From the human T2T-CHM13v2.0 reference genome, Homo sapiens: 64,000 bases of DNA. Position 1 is the stretch's first letter; each line of letters begins with the position of its first letter. The position numbers and the translations under genes are program-made. Of this stretch, positions 41,766 to 56,400 are shown piece after piece. The stretch lies in assembly GCF_009914755.1 (NCBI RefSeq), contig NC_060927.1. The stretch is one strand, 5' to 3'. A model generated the notes under the pieces. The model saw nothing but the letters and a program-made list of their open reading frames with translations, was not told the origin of the DNA and ran no database searches.

Positions 41766-44700
41766 TCACTATTCCCAATTCAAATTAAATGTTAGTAATA
41801 GTTTATCTGATTATGGATCAGGTACTCATTTTCCTCTTGCAAGACATTTAAAAACAGCAACAGTAGCCTAACCATCTCAAACTTTCAGAAATATAGATGT
41901 AGTAAATTTCAAATAAAGCATAAACCTAGATTACAGCTATTTATAGAAAAAACTAAATATTATAGATCGTTAGAATAGACATACAAAAACATACTAAATA
42001 TTTTAATGTTGCAGTTTTAAAGGATTCTAACTGACATTTTACAAATACATCTATTTATAATTGTCATACCTTAATGGGACAATGAAATTAAAACCCCTTA
42101 TTTACAAAAATCCTCCTTTTCCCAAAATGGGCTTCCTAAATATGTGGTCTAATTTTGTTGTGAAATTAGATTATATGTTATAGTACCAACCTTTAATCTT
42201 GTACAATTAAATATACAATTAAAATGGAAGTTTTTATTCATTTACTAAAATCATGTTATACAATAGTTTTTAGTTTATGCAAGCAGTTCTTCATTTCAGA
42301 AGGAAAAAATAAAATGGCAGAAGTCTAAAATTCAAATAATTATTAAATAATTATTGGGTAAGTAAATCTTAAAGTTCAAAAGGTTTTATATCTCTCATTT
42401 TCTTTGTTGCCCTTCACAGAGCTTTGTGGAGGCATCTTTCACTGGTCTTCTGGAGTTACATTTAATTCCTTCTCCTAAATAATATATTTCTGTAGGAATG
42501 TCTTTTCTAGGTTGTGTTATTTTGGTTGTTTACTGTTGCTTCTGTTTTTATTTTCTATGAGAGAGAGAGAGAGAGAAGAGAAGTAAAAGAGGGAATGATT
42601 CAGGTCCAAATAGAAAATATTACCCAGTATAAAAAATTATAAATCTGTTATTTAAGTTCAAAAGACCTTTTTAACCCCTATCTTCACTAAGTTGGGGAAA
42701 ATTTTTATCCATTTTACAGATAAGGCCGTAGAGGCAAAAAGAGTTAAAGTGTTTTCTAAGAACACTGCATGGCACATTATAAAGACTTAAATAATAATAG
42801 AATGAATGTTTGAATGACTAATACTAATAAGTGATAAGTGGGGAATATAATCTAGGCTTCTCTCTGTTAATGATTACACTGCCACTAACTACATTGCTGA
42901 TCACATTAAATATAAAAAATCTCATGAAGCTATTAAATTCTACTTTGTTTCAAGGATTGACATTTCTTAGAAAATATTTATTTATTTTTTTCTCTTTCTC
43001 CAAACCATGTGCTATTTAATGACTGAGAAAGAAAAAAGTCATAATCTTTTGGACTTTGGGAAATAGTACATAATTCACTTAAGGTACTGTATTTAGTCTC
43101 TTAAACATATGATACTTAATCCAGACCTTTCCTTTAAATGTCATATTTGCCTTCTTCTAGAACTTATATATTTTTCAAACAAATGAGATGTTTTCTATTC
43201 CTACACCTTGCTATATCCACTTACATGAGCTTCTCAGTTTACAATCATCTTAGTCTTATAAAACTTTATTTTTGTTGGTTAACATATACATTTTACACTT
43301 AGGAACAGGTGTAAACTCTGACATCTGGAACATCCATCAGAAAAGAATGTCCCTGAGGCACCTACACGAGAGGATATCAATACACATTCAAACAATGACA
43401 TTTCAGACAGATAAATGCCCTTATATCAGGGCACCAAATAAGAAAAATAGGAAGCATGAGCAGAGAGCACATGACATAAAATGAAATACATATGTAGAGA
43501 TTGACCATCATTTGCAGGGGTTAGGGCCTGATTCCATGGTGAAACTAAAGTCCATTTTAAAATGGGAGATTTAACATTTAACAGCTAAGCACATAAAAAG
43601 GAATTCATAACAGAAAAACCTACATCAATTGAAGTGACCTTTCTCAGAGATATCTTTTACAGATTTTCCTTCTGGCTGTTTCTTTTCTTCCTTGTCCTAC
43701 CGTAGACCTTTTTCAATAGGGACCTTTTTCTTTTCTTCCCTCATGTATACTCTTATTTTACCCTCCTTAGTCTTATGAATCAGCTTCCACTGGAGAAGAT
43801 TTTGAGATGATATTTCTGTCCTGGTGTGTGAATACTTTGGAACTTCCAGAATCCACCATACTGTATGAGACTTTTTCTCTCAGGAAATTGGCTCATATTA
43901 TTGTAGTAGGGAAAACAAACAAACATGAAATCCTGCCACAGTTGATGCACATGAAATTCCTCAAAAAATTTTTTTGTCATGTTTTCTTTATTTTATCCCA
44001 TCCATGTAGAAGTCTAAGGGATGCCTTTTGCTAACTCTAATTCATAAGTCCAAAATCAGAGCATAAGAAGAAAGTTACAAATTTGATATGGGAATAATTA
44101 TATGAATGATAAAAGGAGTATTATTATTATAATAAATTAGATTAATATCCACTGAAGAATGAATTCAATAAATATCATAAAAATACAAAATCATCATCCT
44201 TTTGTTTTCTTAATCAGAATCTTTGTTTGCATGGCAACTAATATAGTTCCACAGAGGAAAATTTTGAGAATTTATAAAATTGATCTAAATATCTAAATCT
44301 TAAGGTTCATTTTACTATCATAAGCTTAAAGGACACAGCTTTTCAAAAAAGATAAAAGAAAATATTGTTCTTGGGAAATGCAATGACCAGGGCTTCTGGA
44401 ATCTCACCCCCACACCCTAAGTTGCCTCATTTAAATATGCACTCTTACTAAGCCAACATCACAATGTGTATGTAATCTCCACGGAATATGTGAAAATGAC
44501 AAGGCATCACTCATATGTAATGGCATTGAAAATATGTAAGAATGACCAGCATGGACATATGCCATTACTTAATTGTTACACACAAGGCTTAGGAGTAACT
44601 GAGCCTAACAAATCTGACTCTTAAGGCTTATTATGGTGAAAAAAAGGAATTTCTTAGAGAAGTGCTTTTTAAGTAGATTATTGTTACAAGTCAAAATGAT

Positions 44701-46193
44701 GCGACTGGTGCTTCAATCTCCTGAGAGTTTTTGACAATGGCCAGTGTGGTTACTTCTGGCAATAGAACTCTAGGAAACTCAATCAGTGACCTTGGCACTA
44801 TGCCATCCAAAATGATATTAAGAGGTAATGCTCGTATTGTTCCTCTATTAGAAAGTTCAGCTGGTTCCAAATATACGTCATGGCACATCAGGGATAATTC
44901 CAAGAACAAAATTAACTTGGATTCAATTCACTGACTATTATATATAAAATAATGGAGACAGTCTGTTCTCAAATGGAATATTATTATTGGAATATATGTA
45001 CATGTATGGTGAAGAGATCTTAGCTTGAGAGACTGTGTTGAATTCATCCTAGGATTCAGATACATTTGAGCAAATTTAATGAGTTTGTTCAAGTTGGTCT
45101 GGTTGCATAAAGTGCTAATTAACTTACTAGGAAAGAACAAATCTCTTGGAAAAAAGAGCTAAGTGCACACAAACTTGCTTTAAGTTTCAAAAAAATATGA
45201 AAATTTTTGACTATGGATCAGATGTTAGCTGTTTCACCCCTTAAAGACAGGTAGTAGAGAATTGAGTAGAGAATAAAGTAGAGCTGGTTCCCTAAAATCT
45301 CTGTAAAACATGAAAAAATATAAGCAATCATAGCCTATGTAGCAGAATGTAGTACTTTCCATAATTTTGATAATTATTGACCTCTGTGGTCACATTACTG
45401 AAGTAGCAAACCAATCCAGCCTCTGTGTACAATGAAGAAAAAAAAATAACTATATAAGAGCTGAAACATCAGAGCATTAGAAGAAAGACATATCCTCACA
45501 ATCGCTGGAGTAGGAGAAAAGATAAATGGAGGACTACATGTGTTATCCAAGAAGAGTATGCAAGAGGAAATCGTACTCTCTGCTTATCAGTTGAATAAAT
45601 GCTTTCAGCGATCCCCATGGGGACAGCTTGAAGTCTGTTGGAGAAATCTGAGAGATGTCAAAACTTCTGAAATCTTATGGATAGTGGCAACACCAGAAAA
45701 ATACTATTTTATTACTCTGGAGTCATTATATTTACTCCTAGACTAGTTTATTTTGGAAATTTGGGTAACAAATGTCTATTGTTTGGGAATTTCTTCTTCA
45801 GATTATTCTCATAATGATTTCATCTTGGAAATGGCTGAAGTAAAAATCAGTCTGAATAAGGTTTTGATAGAACTCTCTATTTTGAACAAATGACCTAGAT
45901 AATTTTGCACCATCAGCTGGCTGGAAGTACAAGTCTGCTTTCAAGATTAATTAAATTTTGTCTCTTTAATCGATATATAATAAATGAGTCAATAATGATT
46001 AAGTCTTGCCTGGACGTATGATCTTACACAAACGAACAAAGAAGTGTGCCTGCATCCAGTGCCCTGAGTGGCAGAATCAGGAGGGAGGTGAAGTAAAATG
46101 CTGTCTCAGTCAGAACATGAGGCACCTCATGCTTATCATATGATGCAGTAAGACAGGGTGTGAAACCTTTGACTTTTCTTCTTGCACAAGCAG

Positions 46194-46201
46194 TGACGTC
46201 A
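46194..46201. promoter_or_regulatory. Full palindromic CRE (TGACGTCA)
   Basis: Exact CREB/ATF consensus with retained CpG in repeat-poor DNA; function not shown. Confidence 0.3.
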
Positions 46202-46540
46202 TGGGCCCGGGTGTAGATCAAGATCAAGATTACACATTAGCTGATACCATATATTTTACCATTCACTTCCATTGTGAGGTAAAAATGCTTTTATCAGAGT
46301 TGGGAGAATGGGAATCAAGGAAGCAGTAAAAGGGAAGAGATGGATGTCTTATGCCATTTGCTTCTTTGCCTTCTTAGGTGCCACAGTTGGGTTTTGTTTC
46401 TTTCTTTCTCTTCATTTTTTTAGCCTGTCTGTTTCTAAATACACAAATGAAGTGGCAAACATTGGTAACTTAGGGAGAATCAATAATTGCTAAAATTCTT
46501 CTAACTCAAAAGAAGTCACTTAAAATATATATTTAATATG

Positions 46541-46594
<54 letters not shown>
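46541..46594. repeat. (CT)8(CA)19 compound microsatellite
   Basis: Seen directly. Confidence 0.95.
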
Positions 46595-46597
<3 letters not shown>

Positions 46598-48599
46598 TTT
46601 CACATTAAATTTACCTGAAGACAAAAGCAGAAATACATACAGATACCTTTATTCCCTATTTTGGTATCTTTGTATTTTGTTTTTCTATCCTATTCTTCAG
46701 AAGAAAAAAACTATTATGCATAACCTTGTCACCAGACCTGGAACCATATTAAAAGCTTCCCCTTTCAACCAAGTTTTCTCTTATTAGGTAAATACCATGG
46801 ACTCATGCTTATGTTTAGGAAAAAAATATTGTGTTATTTGTGTAATTAAAACGACCCAACATTTTGGTATCTGGTAATGCTTCTCTTACATGGCAATGTG
46901 TCCGGTGTCTGTGACAGGATGTTCTCAGTAGAAATGACTGCAGGGGAAATGAAAACAAATCAAAGTCTTAGAACTTGAGTTTTTGGTTTTTCTAAAATAA
47001 ATGTTTTCCTCCTCACAGAAATGGGAAGTCAAATACCTAATTTATATGCTTCATTTAAGCATTAAATAGGAAAAAATGGCCAAACGTGTTTGAACATTAT
47101 GCTAGCTGCACCAAGATCAGAGACCAATACTCAGTACAGGCCCTTTTGCCTCGTTCTGTTTCATGGTGAAGAACTAACCCTCCAATATGACCATTAGCCA
47201 TCTTCAGATGAATACTTTTAAACAAGTTGTTAATGATTGAGTAAAAGCCATCCCAATTACAGGAAAAGTGCCTCACCAGTACAGCTACTTCTATTAATAA
47301 ATTAAATTATTTCATTTTCTAAATGAAAAACACCGTGTTTTAAGCAGAGCCCTAAGGGACCATCAGTATTTTTTATATATCTAATTGCTGTGTTACGGCT
47401 ATGCTTTCATAATGTTTTGTAACTTTCTAATCCATTGTCCGTCAATAAAATTATTTTGCCCTTAACATTGAAAGCATGTTTACTTCAAACACCATCCTTC
47501 CCCTCCCACGTACCAACAAAAAGGGGGCGGGATTAAAAAACAAAACAAAACAAAACCTTTTGACTATAGAAAAGAAGAAAGCATTTATAAACAGCAAAGC
47601 TTAGGAGACAAAATTAAAATGATTTTAATTTGTTAACTCGACGGAAAGAATAGGTCACCTTTTAAATGTGTATTCTGAGAACTGAGTTTTCTCAGGCATC
47701 TTTTAAGTGAGTAAAGGGAGAGATAATTGAGATTGGGAAATATAATATGCTAAGAAGTGCTCATGTAAGGAATACACTGCCCCTGAGATCTCAAAAGTCT
47801 TTCAAAGACTGAAATATCATGGGAAATACATGATAGTTGAATTCAGTCAGTTTTATTCCCAGTGTGAAATAATTGTGATTAAATATAGTCATAATATCTC
47901 TTAATAAAGTTTTAACTTTTCCTATAGCATATAAGTTTAAAGTTAATCTGAAATGAATTCTTCACCTTGGAAAAAGATGAATTCGTTTGTCATAAAAGAT
48001 AATTTTATTTGCCAACAACAATGCAAACATTTTACCTCCTACAGAAAGCAAGACCATCAGGAAATATGCTTATTTACTTTTCAATTTTGATTAAGTTCAT
48101 ACAAGTGCATTGGGGGAAAATTGATTTTTGTTTCCCTTTCGTTAAACTGATGATCTTCTGTATCTTCTACACAAAGATCAAATGTGTGACTTTTCTTACA
48201 TGTAAAAAACATCTGTGGTAGCACTCCCTTAAGTATGTTTTGCACAATGAAACAACAAAAAAATGGTTCTTCATATTACTTTCATAATATTCTATATGTA
48301 CCAACAATTGATACTGATAGTAAAAATGAGAAAAAGCAATATGGGAAAATTCTAAATTAACAACTTTTAATGGTTAGAAACTATATTTTTAGCTCATCAT
48401 TGTAAATTCATACATTATTTTCATATTTATATATGAATATATGTACTTTTTATAAACAAAAATAATGGAAAATGCAAAACCTCTTCAGTCTGTGTCAATC
48501 CCAGATTACTACCCTAACAAAATGTTACACAGCAATAAATCCAGAGAAAGAATTCTAGCGAACTATGTACATGTATCCAGCATACAAACAGACTTCCTC

Positions 48600-49010
48600 T
48601 TTGGCAGGAATAACAACATGGGTTGGAAGCAGGGCTCTGTGGCCCATTACAAAAGACTGAGTGAGGAAGTTGTTATATCTCCAGAAGGTAGAGTAAGAGG
48701 ATGTGACAGCAGCTAATCAGACATTCCATTCCAGAGTTTCAAACTTAGAGAGTATGAGAAAAAAGAGGATCCAGTTGAGCTTATTTCTGGCAGATACGTG
48801 GAGTAGTTAGCACAACAGTTAATGTCAGAGATCGCAGAGGGTCCCAAATTATGGTGTATCTTAAGTTGACAAGTTTCAGGGTCTTGGCTTTTCTGCCTAA
48901 GCCTGGTTTTCCAAGACTTCCTTTCTATACCATGATGTGCCCTTCCAGGAAATCCCTTTTGTGTTTAGTTAGCCAAAGTGATTTCCATCATTTACGCCCA
49001 AGAATCCCAC
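48600..49010 (+). mobile_element. Possible old LTR (MLT1J/K or LTR16 class) remnant
   Basis: 3' end aaatcccttttgtgtttagttagccaaagtgatttccatcattta...caagaatccc resembles old MaLR/ERVL LTR ends. Confidence 0.35.
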
Positions 49011-49669
49011 TCATACCATACCTCACCCATGATAGCTTAGGCATGACATGGATAAATACATGGCTTAAGTAAGGTATGTGTTTAGAATTAGCATTCACTA
49101 AAGAGGAAATGTAGTTAACTTTACTTGTATAAACACACCTGATATTTAGTTTGAAACTTCAGATTGTTAGTATTTGATTATTTTTGACACTCACTGGCAA
49201 TTTCATAATTTTTAGACTAATAATGAGAATATCTCATTGAGCTGAACAAACCATTCTATGGCATGCTTTCTTTTTAGGGATCATAGAATGGGGTTTTTGT
49301 TATTTTTATCCTAATTTTTTATCTCCCAGGAGCTACTGAATTTCTATGATTACCTATAAAGTATCAGAATCTTAACTGGGGCTCCAGATGGATGCTTTCA
49401 TGATTATAAAGGAAATAAACTTTGACTATGATTTATTTAGACAGAAGTGGGAAGTGGTTCATTTTGAAAAGAATTATGCATGCATATATAATTCACATAC
49501 AAAACACATTTTTCTGTGAGGTCACAGATTTCAGGATGTAGTCTTAACTAGCATATCTCTCTTTAAAGAAACTACTGGAAATATCTGAAATAAAAAATAG
49601 AATAAGACTCACTTTCCAACCAATTCAGAACAAAATGCCTAGAAAGTAATTACTTGTAATAGTCAAGGT

Positions 49670-49905
49670 CAATAAAGCTAATATTTATTATGCCTCTCCT
49701 ATGACCTAGGCAACATGTTATGTTCTTTATATGCATTATCTTACTTGATATTTATGGCAAACCTATCAGAAACATATTACCATTGTGTGCATTTAACAAA
49801 TGAAAGATTAAACCTTAGATAGGTCAGAAAATCTATTAAACATCACAGGGTAAAAAGTGGCATGGCTAGTACAGTAACCTAGATCTGTCTGACTCTAAAC
49901 CCCAT
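49670..49905 (-). mobile_element. MIR (MIRb-like)
   Basis: gctaatatttattatgcctctcctatgacctaggca...catttaacaaatgaaag...aacctagatctgtctgactctaaaccc. Confidence 0.75.
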
Positions 49906-50728
49906 AATTACAAACCCGTAATTACCCCCAATTTAGCTGGATACCTGGATATTACTGCTAATTACCAGATAAAGAGCAACTATATGAAACACCTTAGGTG
50001 CCCAACAGAATAGATATACTTTGATCTTCTTTTAATCCTTGGACATTGATGGTTCAGTCTATCAGTAAAGCTATTGTTTTATCCTAGGGCTCTCCATTTT
50101 CTTCCACACTATGAATTTTTTCCTTTTTCGGGAGTCAGACGTTGCCTATCTCAGTCTTCTGGAAACTGACCATGACAATTCAGCTGTGCTACATTGCCAG
50201 CCAACCTGCTAAATGTGGGCAATACTGCCTGTGCATTTATCCCTATTGTTAATGTGTAGGTGTCACACGTGAGAGAAGGAGGGAGGGGAAAGGGGAATAA
50301 AGAGAGGTATTTTATATAATGTAGATATGTATTTCCTTTTCCAAGTAGAGGGTAATATGTCAATTGCTTTGTAGTTCCTAAGCCTCTGCTTTCATCCCTC
50401 CAGTCTACACAGCCCAACACAATACCAAAACATTCCATTTAGGCTTTCATAACCAAACCAATACTGGCCACCTTGAAACAAATAAACCTGTTCGTGACCA
50501 GGTTACTTTTGTTGCCTTCTAGCCTAGGTTACGGGTGGCCTCTAGAGAGTTTAACAATGTGTAGCTCAGGCAAGGTCAAGGGAAAATATGATAACTTGAG
50601 TAGCTTTCTCTTTACACAGTCGTTATGCCAACTGCTAGGAGAATTGGCATTCTCAGTATCCATCCATATTCCCAACTTTGAAATTCACATTCATATCCAC
50701 AAGACAGTAGACATTTGTCCTGAAAGTC

Positions 50729-51039
<311 letters not shown>

Positions 51040-51899
51040 TGTCCTGAAAATTTTTACATCTGTCTGTTAGATTAATTTCTCTCAAAAGGATTTTAACCAA
51101 CATATTTTATGGATATAGACAGACAAAATTTGTTATCTTTATTATATAAAGAAAATCATTGGTAACTAAACTATAGTGAGAATGCAATTGCTTCCACGAT
51201 AACCTATGTTCTTTTGGAAATTCCAAACCTGTGTAAGCTCTTTGATGGAGCAGGAAAAAATAATGGAGAAGCATAGAGGAAGAATGATGCAATGTACCAT
51301 TAAATTACTATTTCTTCCTATCATTCACTTGACTATCACAATATGATACAAGCTCTGAAAAAAATTTAAGAGAGGTTTCCAAGATACAGAATAATAATCT
51401 ACTCTGATGCAAATTAAGTAATATCATTCATTAGCTGCTGAAAGCATCTCCAAAAATAAAAACATTCTCTTGTAGGATGATTGTTTTGGTATTATCTTAA
51501 TTTCCTTCTTTGAGTATGAGAAGAATTGAGGGTGAATAATAATGAAAGCATACTGTGCACGATTCAAGTGGCGCTTAGAACCTTATTCTACTTCTTGTGC
51601 CATCAGAAAGTCAATTTCACATAATATTTTTTTACTCCCACTTGCAACATAAACCTTCTACATTTTAAGTCATGCTTAGCATGTTTTTCTTCTGTGTGTG
51701 TCTGCATGCACATGTGTCTGTCTGTACCTGAATATGTCTGTTTGTGTGTGTATTTGTGTGTGTGAGAGAGAGAAAAAGAGAAAGAATATGCTAAGAAGAT
51801 AGAAAAAGGAAGCTTGTTTTGCTTTTATATTTCAGCAGTCTTTATTCTAAAAGAATTCTCCTAGATTTAGGGGAGAAAAGATATGCCAGGAAAGAAATT

Positions 51900-52995
51900 T
51901 ATTTCTTCATTCAACAAATATTCACTGAATGCCTAGAACATGTCAGGTACTTGGGATGATATGTAAGGTTTTTTTAAAAAAGTTAAAAATAAATCTTTGC
52001 CCTCGTTAAACTTACATTCTTGTGTGTGAGACAATGAATAATAAACAGTAAAAGTATAGTATTCTTTAAATATATGTCATATTGAGAAAAAAAGTAAGGA
52101 AAATAGAATCTATAGTGCTGGGAGAGGGCGCAGGTAGTAAGGATAGGCTTAGTTAAGAAGGTAACATTGAGAGAACACTTAATAGAGGTGAGTGGGTTAG
52201 CCTTGTAGATGTTGTAGGGGAAGAGAGCTTGAGGCAGAAGGAATGGGTAGAACAAATTTTCTGAAGTGAAAGAAAGCATGGCACATGCGAGAAAAAAGAA
52301 AAAAAATACAGCAAGAAGGTCAGGATGGTGGATTGAAAGTAAACTTTCAGGAATTCAGGTCAAAGAGATACTAATATGAGTGAAGCAAATTTTGTAATCT
52401 ATTATAATAAATTTATATTTTCTTTTGAATGGAGGAGAATCATTGGCAGATTCTGAGCAAAGGTGTTATAGGACCTCTCACTAATATTTTTAAAGTAGCA
52501 TTCTGCAGTATTTGGAATAATGATAGAAGGATGGTCTATCTGGGACACAATTACAGTAAATCAGGTGAAAGATAATGGAGGCTTGGACCATGGTGATAGC
52601 AGAGGTTGTGATAAAAATTGATGTGGTCCTAGAAATATTTTGAAGACAGAAAAAAAATAGATTTCCCTGATGGTATAAAATATGAATGAAAAAGAAGTTT
52701 TGGAGAGGGATCTAAGGTTATGAAAGGGTGGTTTCCATCAACTGAGATCAGAAAGATTGTAGGATGGAAACACTTGTGAGAAGAAAGTTCAAAAGTTCAT
52801 TTTTTGTAGACAGCAAGTTTGAAATGTCTATTACACATCCAAGTGGACATGTTCAGTGGGCAACTGGACATGTGAATCTGGAGGAGGATTATGGCTGGAT
52901 TAGATCACAGAGGGAGTGTGTGTAGATAGATGAAAGATGAGTATGAATTACTAAGTTTTGGGGGCAATATCAAGAGGTAGGAAAGAAGAGAATGA
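51900..52995 (-). mobile_element. L2 (L2a-like), about 1.1 kb
   Basis: ttcattcaacaaatattcactgaatgcctag...gccctcgttaaacttacattct...aagtttgaaatgtctattacacatccaagtggacatgttcagtgggcaactgga. Confidence 0.85.
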
Positions 52996-53129
52996 ACCAA
53001 TGTCCGATAAGGAAAATAGAATCTATTCTAGTGTTTTTGAATAGAAAGATAACATGAGAAATGATTTTACATGTTTTTGTGAGAGGGCAGAAAAATGAAA
53101 AAAGAGGAAGGTCCTGTTTCCTAAAGATT

Positions 53130-55260
53130 AGTTACTACAGAAAGATATTAAGGTCTCCACAATAGCAAAATATCAAAAGCTTGTCTAAGCCCACAATGTT
53201 CTCTGTAGTTGCTTCACAAGTCTCTGTTGTTTGAAGGATATTGCCTCTTAAAGAGTCCAAATTCACAATAGCAATGGATCTCTGCCAGATCCCCAGAGCT
53301 ATTAAAATAGCCTGCAATAACCTTCAGTGGCCCAGAATCATCCAATGTTACCACTAACTCGGCTACATTTGGAACCCTGGCACAAATGCTGGAACCACCT
53401 GTACTTTTGCAGGAATTTATGGTCGCTCAGTGAGTGCTGCCAGAAGGGAATGGTGTTAAATCACTGACAGCCTTCCCATCTTTCACAAGTGTCCCTATTG
53501 ATAGAAGGTAACCAGAACCCAGCTGGCAAGAGAGTATTTTAACGCTAGCTTTGTACAAAGGACAGTATAGAAGACAGGGATATAAGCAGGCTCAAGTGCC
53601 AATGAATAATGTCTAGTAATTTCCAATATTTATTATTCAGTATCCATATGCTCTCTTACTATATTTAAACTTCTAAATAGTGACAATAATGCAAAATAAT
53701 ATTTCTACTGTCATGATGCAACTATCTCACATATAAATGATGATATTTTCATTCTTTCCCCTAAAAATAGAAGAAAAATCTTATCACTCACTGTAACCAT
53801 TTTTGTGGATGTTAATTTGATGTTAATTGCTCTTCTAGTTCAGTCACAGTTTTATTCACTATATTTATTATTTAAAATAATTAGAAAAAAGGTAGGTAAA
53901 AAGAACAGAATGGTGTGTATGTGTGTGTGTGTGTGTAAAATTACAAAATAGGCAACAAAACGTATGCATAGCTGGTTGCATCCTAGTTTCTGTAATTGAT
54001 CACAGACAGTATTTTCCATTTATGATTTCCTTTCTCCACTATCCATTCTGTGGTTCTTTTAGCCTAAGCTAGCCAGAATTTTCCCCAGTAAGATAGCTTA
54101 AAACCTAAACCTTTGTTTCTCAATGTCTAATTTCTAAGTAATACTACCCTTTATTGGTTTACATACAGTCTTCTAAATATTAAAATAAAGGAGATCACAA
54201 ATAATCTCTTGGGGTCTATACAAAGAGCTCTCTCTCTCCCTCATAATAACGGATATCTGTCATGACAGAGCAGAGCACCCTTTTCTTTGCCTGTTGGCAG
54301 GAGAAACCTTAAACAGCCAAGTGGCTATCACAACTTTCAATTCCCAAAATCACTTTTAGTCCTTTATTGAAATGATTTCTCTATTTTAAATGAAGACTTT
54401 TAAACTAGCAGAACCCAAGAGTTTCAGGACAGAAAGCAAAAGATAAAAAAAAAAAAACTTAAAGGAAATATTAACTTTACGAGAGAGAAGACATTTTTAC
54501 TTCTATCTTTCAATTCTTGGACCTATATACACGAGCTATGGATGTCTGTTGGTTCAAAGCATGCCCTGAATTTTGTATGACAGTGCCTAAATTTTCAAGA
54601 TTTTGACTTTCAGCTCTCAGCAAGTAATTCTACTGTTTTATTGCTCTGTAAGGACACCTGACTTTGGTAGAGTACATTTTAAGAGGAGTAAATATCATAG
54701 GTATGAGAAGATTGCTGCATGACTCTTTTCACTAAATGAGTTCCTTAGTCAGAAACATTATGTGAAACATCATGGTAGAGAATAAGGTCTTTAGTAAGTT
54801 CATGGATGTCAGTGCTAGCAAAACTAAAGCAAAGAGGAAAAGAAAAGATTTAAATAGAATAAATATCCATTCCAGTGAGGATAAATTGCTGTCCTCTTCA
54901 TGATGAAACTGTCCAGTGAAGCCACTTTGCTACCAGATGGACAGATAATCCCCTGTAATTCAGAGGTCAGGTTTGGAATTTAGCTTTAGTTTTTGCTAGT
55001 GGCAAGTTGGGCACTTCTTAGTGGCAATTGTCAGAGAAGTCTCATTGAATACGGATAGGTGTTGCTGAGCTCATTCATAATCTCTTTTTTATGCAGCCAT
55101 GGTCATTCTGTACTGAATCCATTGGGCAAATGCAGAGGTATTGGGGAAAGAAAGGTCAACTAACGTGTATAGAGAGAATCATTGTCTCTCTCTTAATGAT
55201 TTTCTCTGTAACAGGTGTTCTTTTGCAAATGAAATTATGAGATGCAAATATCTTTGCTTT
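53130..55260 (-). mobile_element. Decayed ERVL-class element (LTR-like part plus internal pol/integrase remnant)
   Basis: Minus strand 54903-54856 translates S*RGQQFILTGMDIYS, similar to the ERVL integrase motif SWKGQxFVLTGIDTYS as I recall it; outer boundaries uncertain. Confidence 0.6.
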
Positions 55261-55274
55261 TTTTCAACAGGCTT

Positions 55275-55623
55275 ATTTTTCTAGTCTGTTTGGGCTGCTA
55301 TAACAAAGATATCAAAAACTAGGCATTTTATAAATAGCATAAATTTATTTCTCACAGTTCTGGAAGCTGGGAAGTCCAAGATCAAGGTGCCAATGGTATC
55401 ACACTTCCTTGTGGGCAGTGCCTTCTAGCTGTTTCCTCACCTGGTGGAAGGGACTGTCTGGGTCTCCAGAGTTTTTCTTATGAGGGCACCAATCCCATTC
55501 CTGAGAGTTCCAACCTCATAACCTAATTGTCTCTCAAAGGCTCCACCTTCTACTACCATTACATTGGAAGTTAGAATTTCAACACATCAATTTTGGGGGC
55601 ATACAAACATTCAGATCATAGTA
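55275..55623 (-). mobile_element. MaLR solo LTR (MLT1A0-like)
   Basis: tagtctgtttgggctgctataacaaa...ctcacagttctggaagctgggaagtccaagatcaaggtgcca...gagggcaccaatcccatt...caaacattcagatcatag. Confidence 0.88.
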
Positions 55624-55734
55624 TTTATCCACGTGCTTTGTCCTCTATCACTAAACTTTTTGTATTTTTTTAAGTTCCATCATATCCATCCAAATAAGAA
55701 AAATGAAAAAGAAGGCAGTTTAGAAGAATATGCG

Positions 55735-56400
55735 TTATTTATTCCCCAAATATTTATTGATTACCTATGCTTAGTACTCTACTACATGCTTGGTGATATA
55801 ATGTTGAGCAAAACAACAAGGTAATCCAAAAGTGAATAATGCTGAGCAAAATAAACACTGGTCTAAAGGAGTTTACAGTTTAGGAGGGTATACACTAGTT
55901 AAATAATTGCACAAACATATGATTTAAATTCTTATAAGTCCTATGAAGAAAAAGAGCATGGAGTTAAGGAGGCACACAGAAGATCTGGTACAGAGGATCA
56001 GGGATGATTTCCCCTAAAGTGATATTTGAGCTGAGATATAGAGCTGTACTCTACAGCAATTAATTAAACAAAAAATTTGGAGGAAGGAAGAAATATCTTT
56101 CTAGAGAGAGAGAAAGCATACATGTAAGTCCTGATGTATTTTAAGCATCTGAGATAAGGCCAGTGTAACTAGAGGGCATGGTCTCAGGGGAAGAGAGATT
56201 TGAGATGATGCTGCAGATGTGAGATGTGGGAACCAGCTTATGGAGTGCCTTGAAGGTTAGAGGAAGAATTGGGGTCTTCAAACACAGCAAAGGAAAGCCA
56301 TCAAAGAAGCAAAAGAAATATGTCATCAGATTTAAAGAGATCACTCGGGATTCAATATAGAGCAAGTGTTCAAAAGGGGTAATAGAGAAAAATGGAGACC
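55735..56400 (-). mobile_element. L2 fragment
   Basis: ttatttattccccaaatatttattgattacctatg...ggagtttacagtttagg... Confidence 0.7.
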
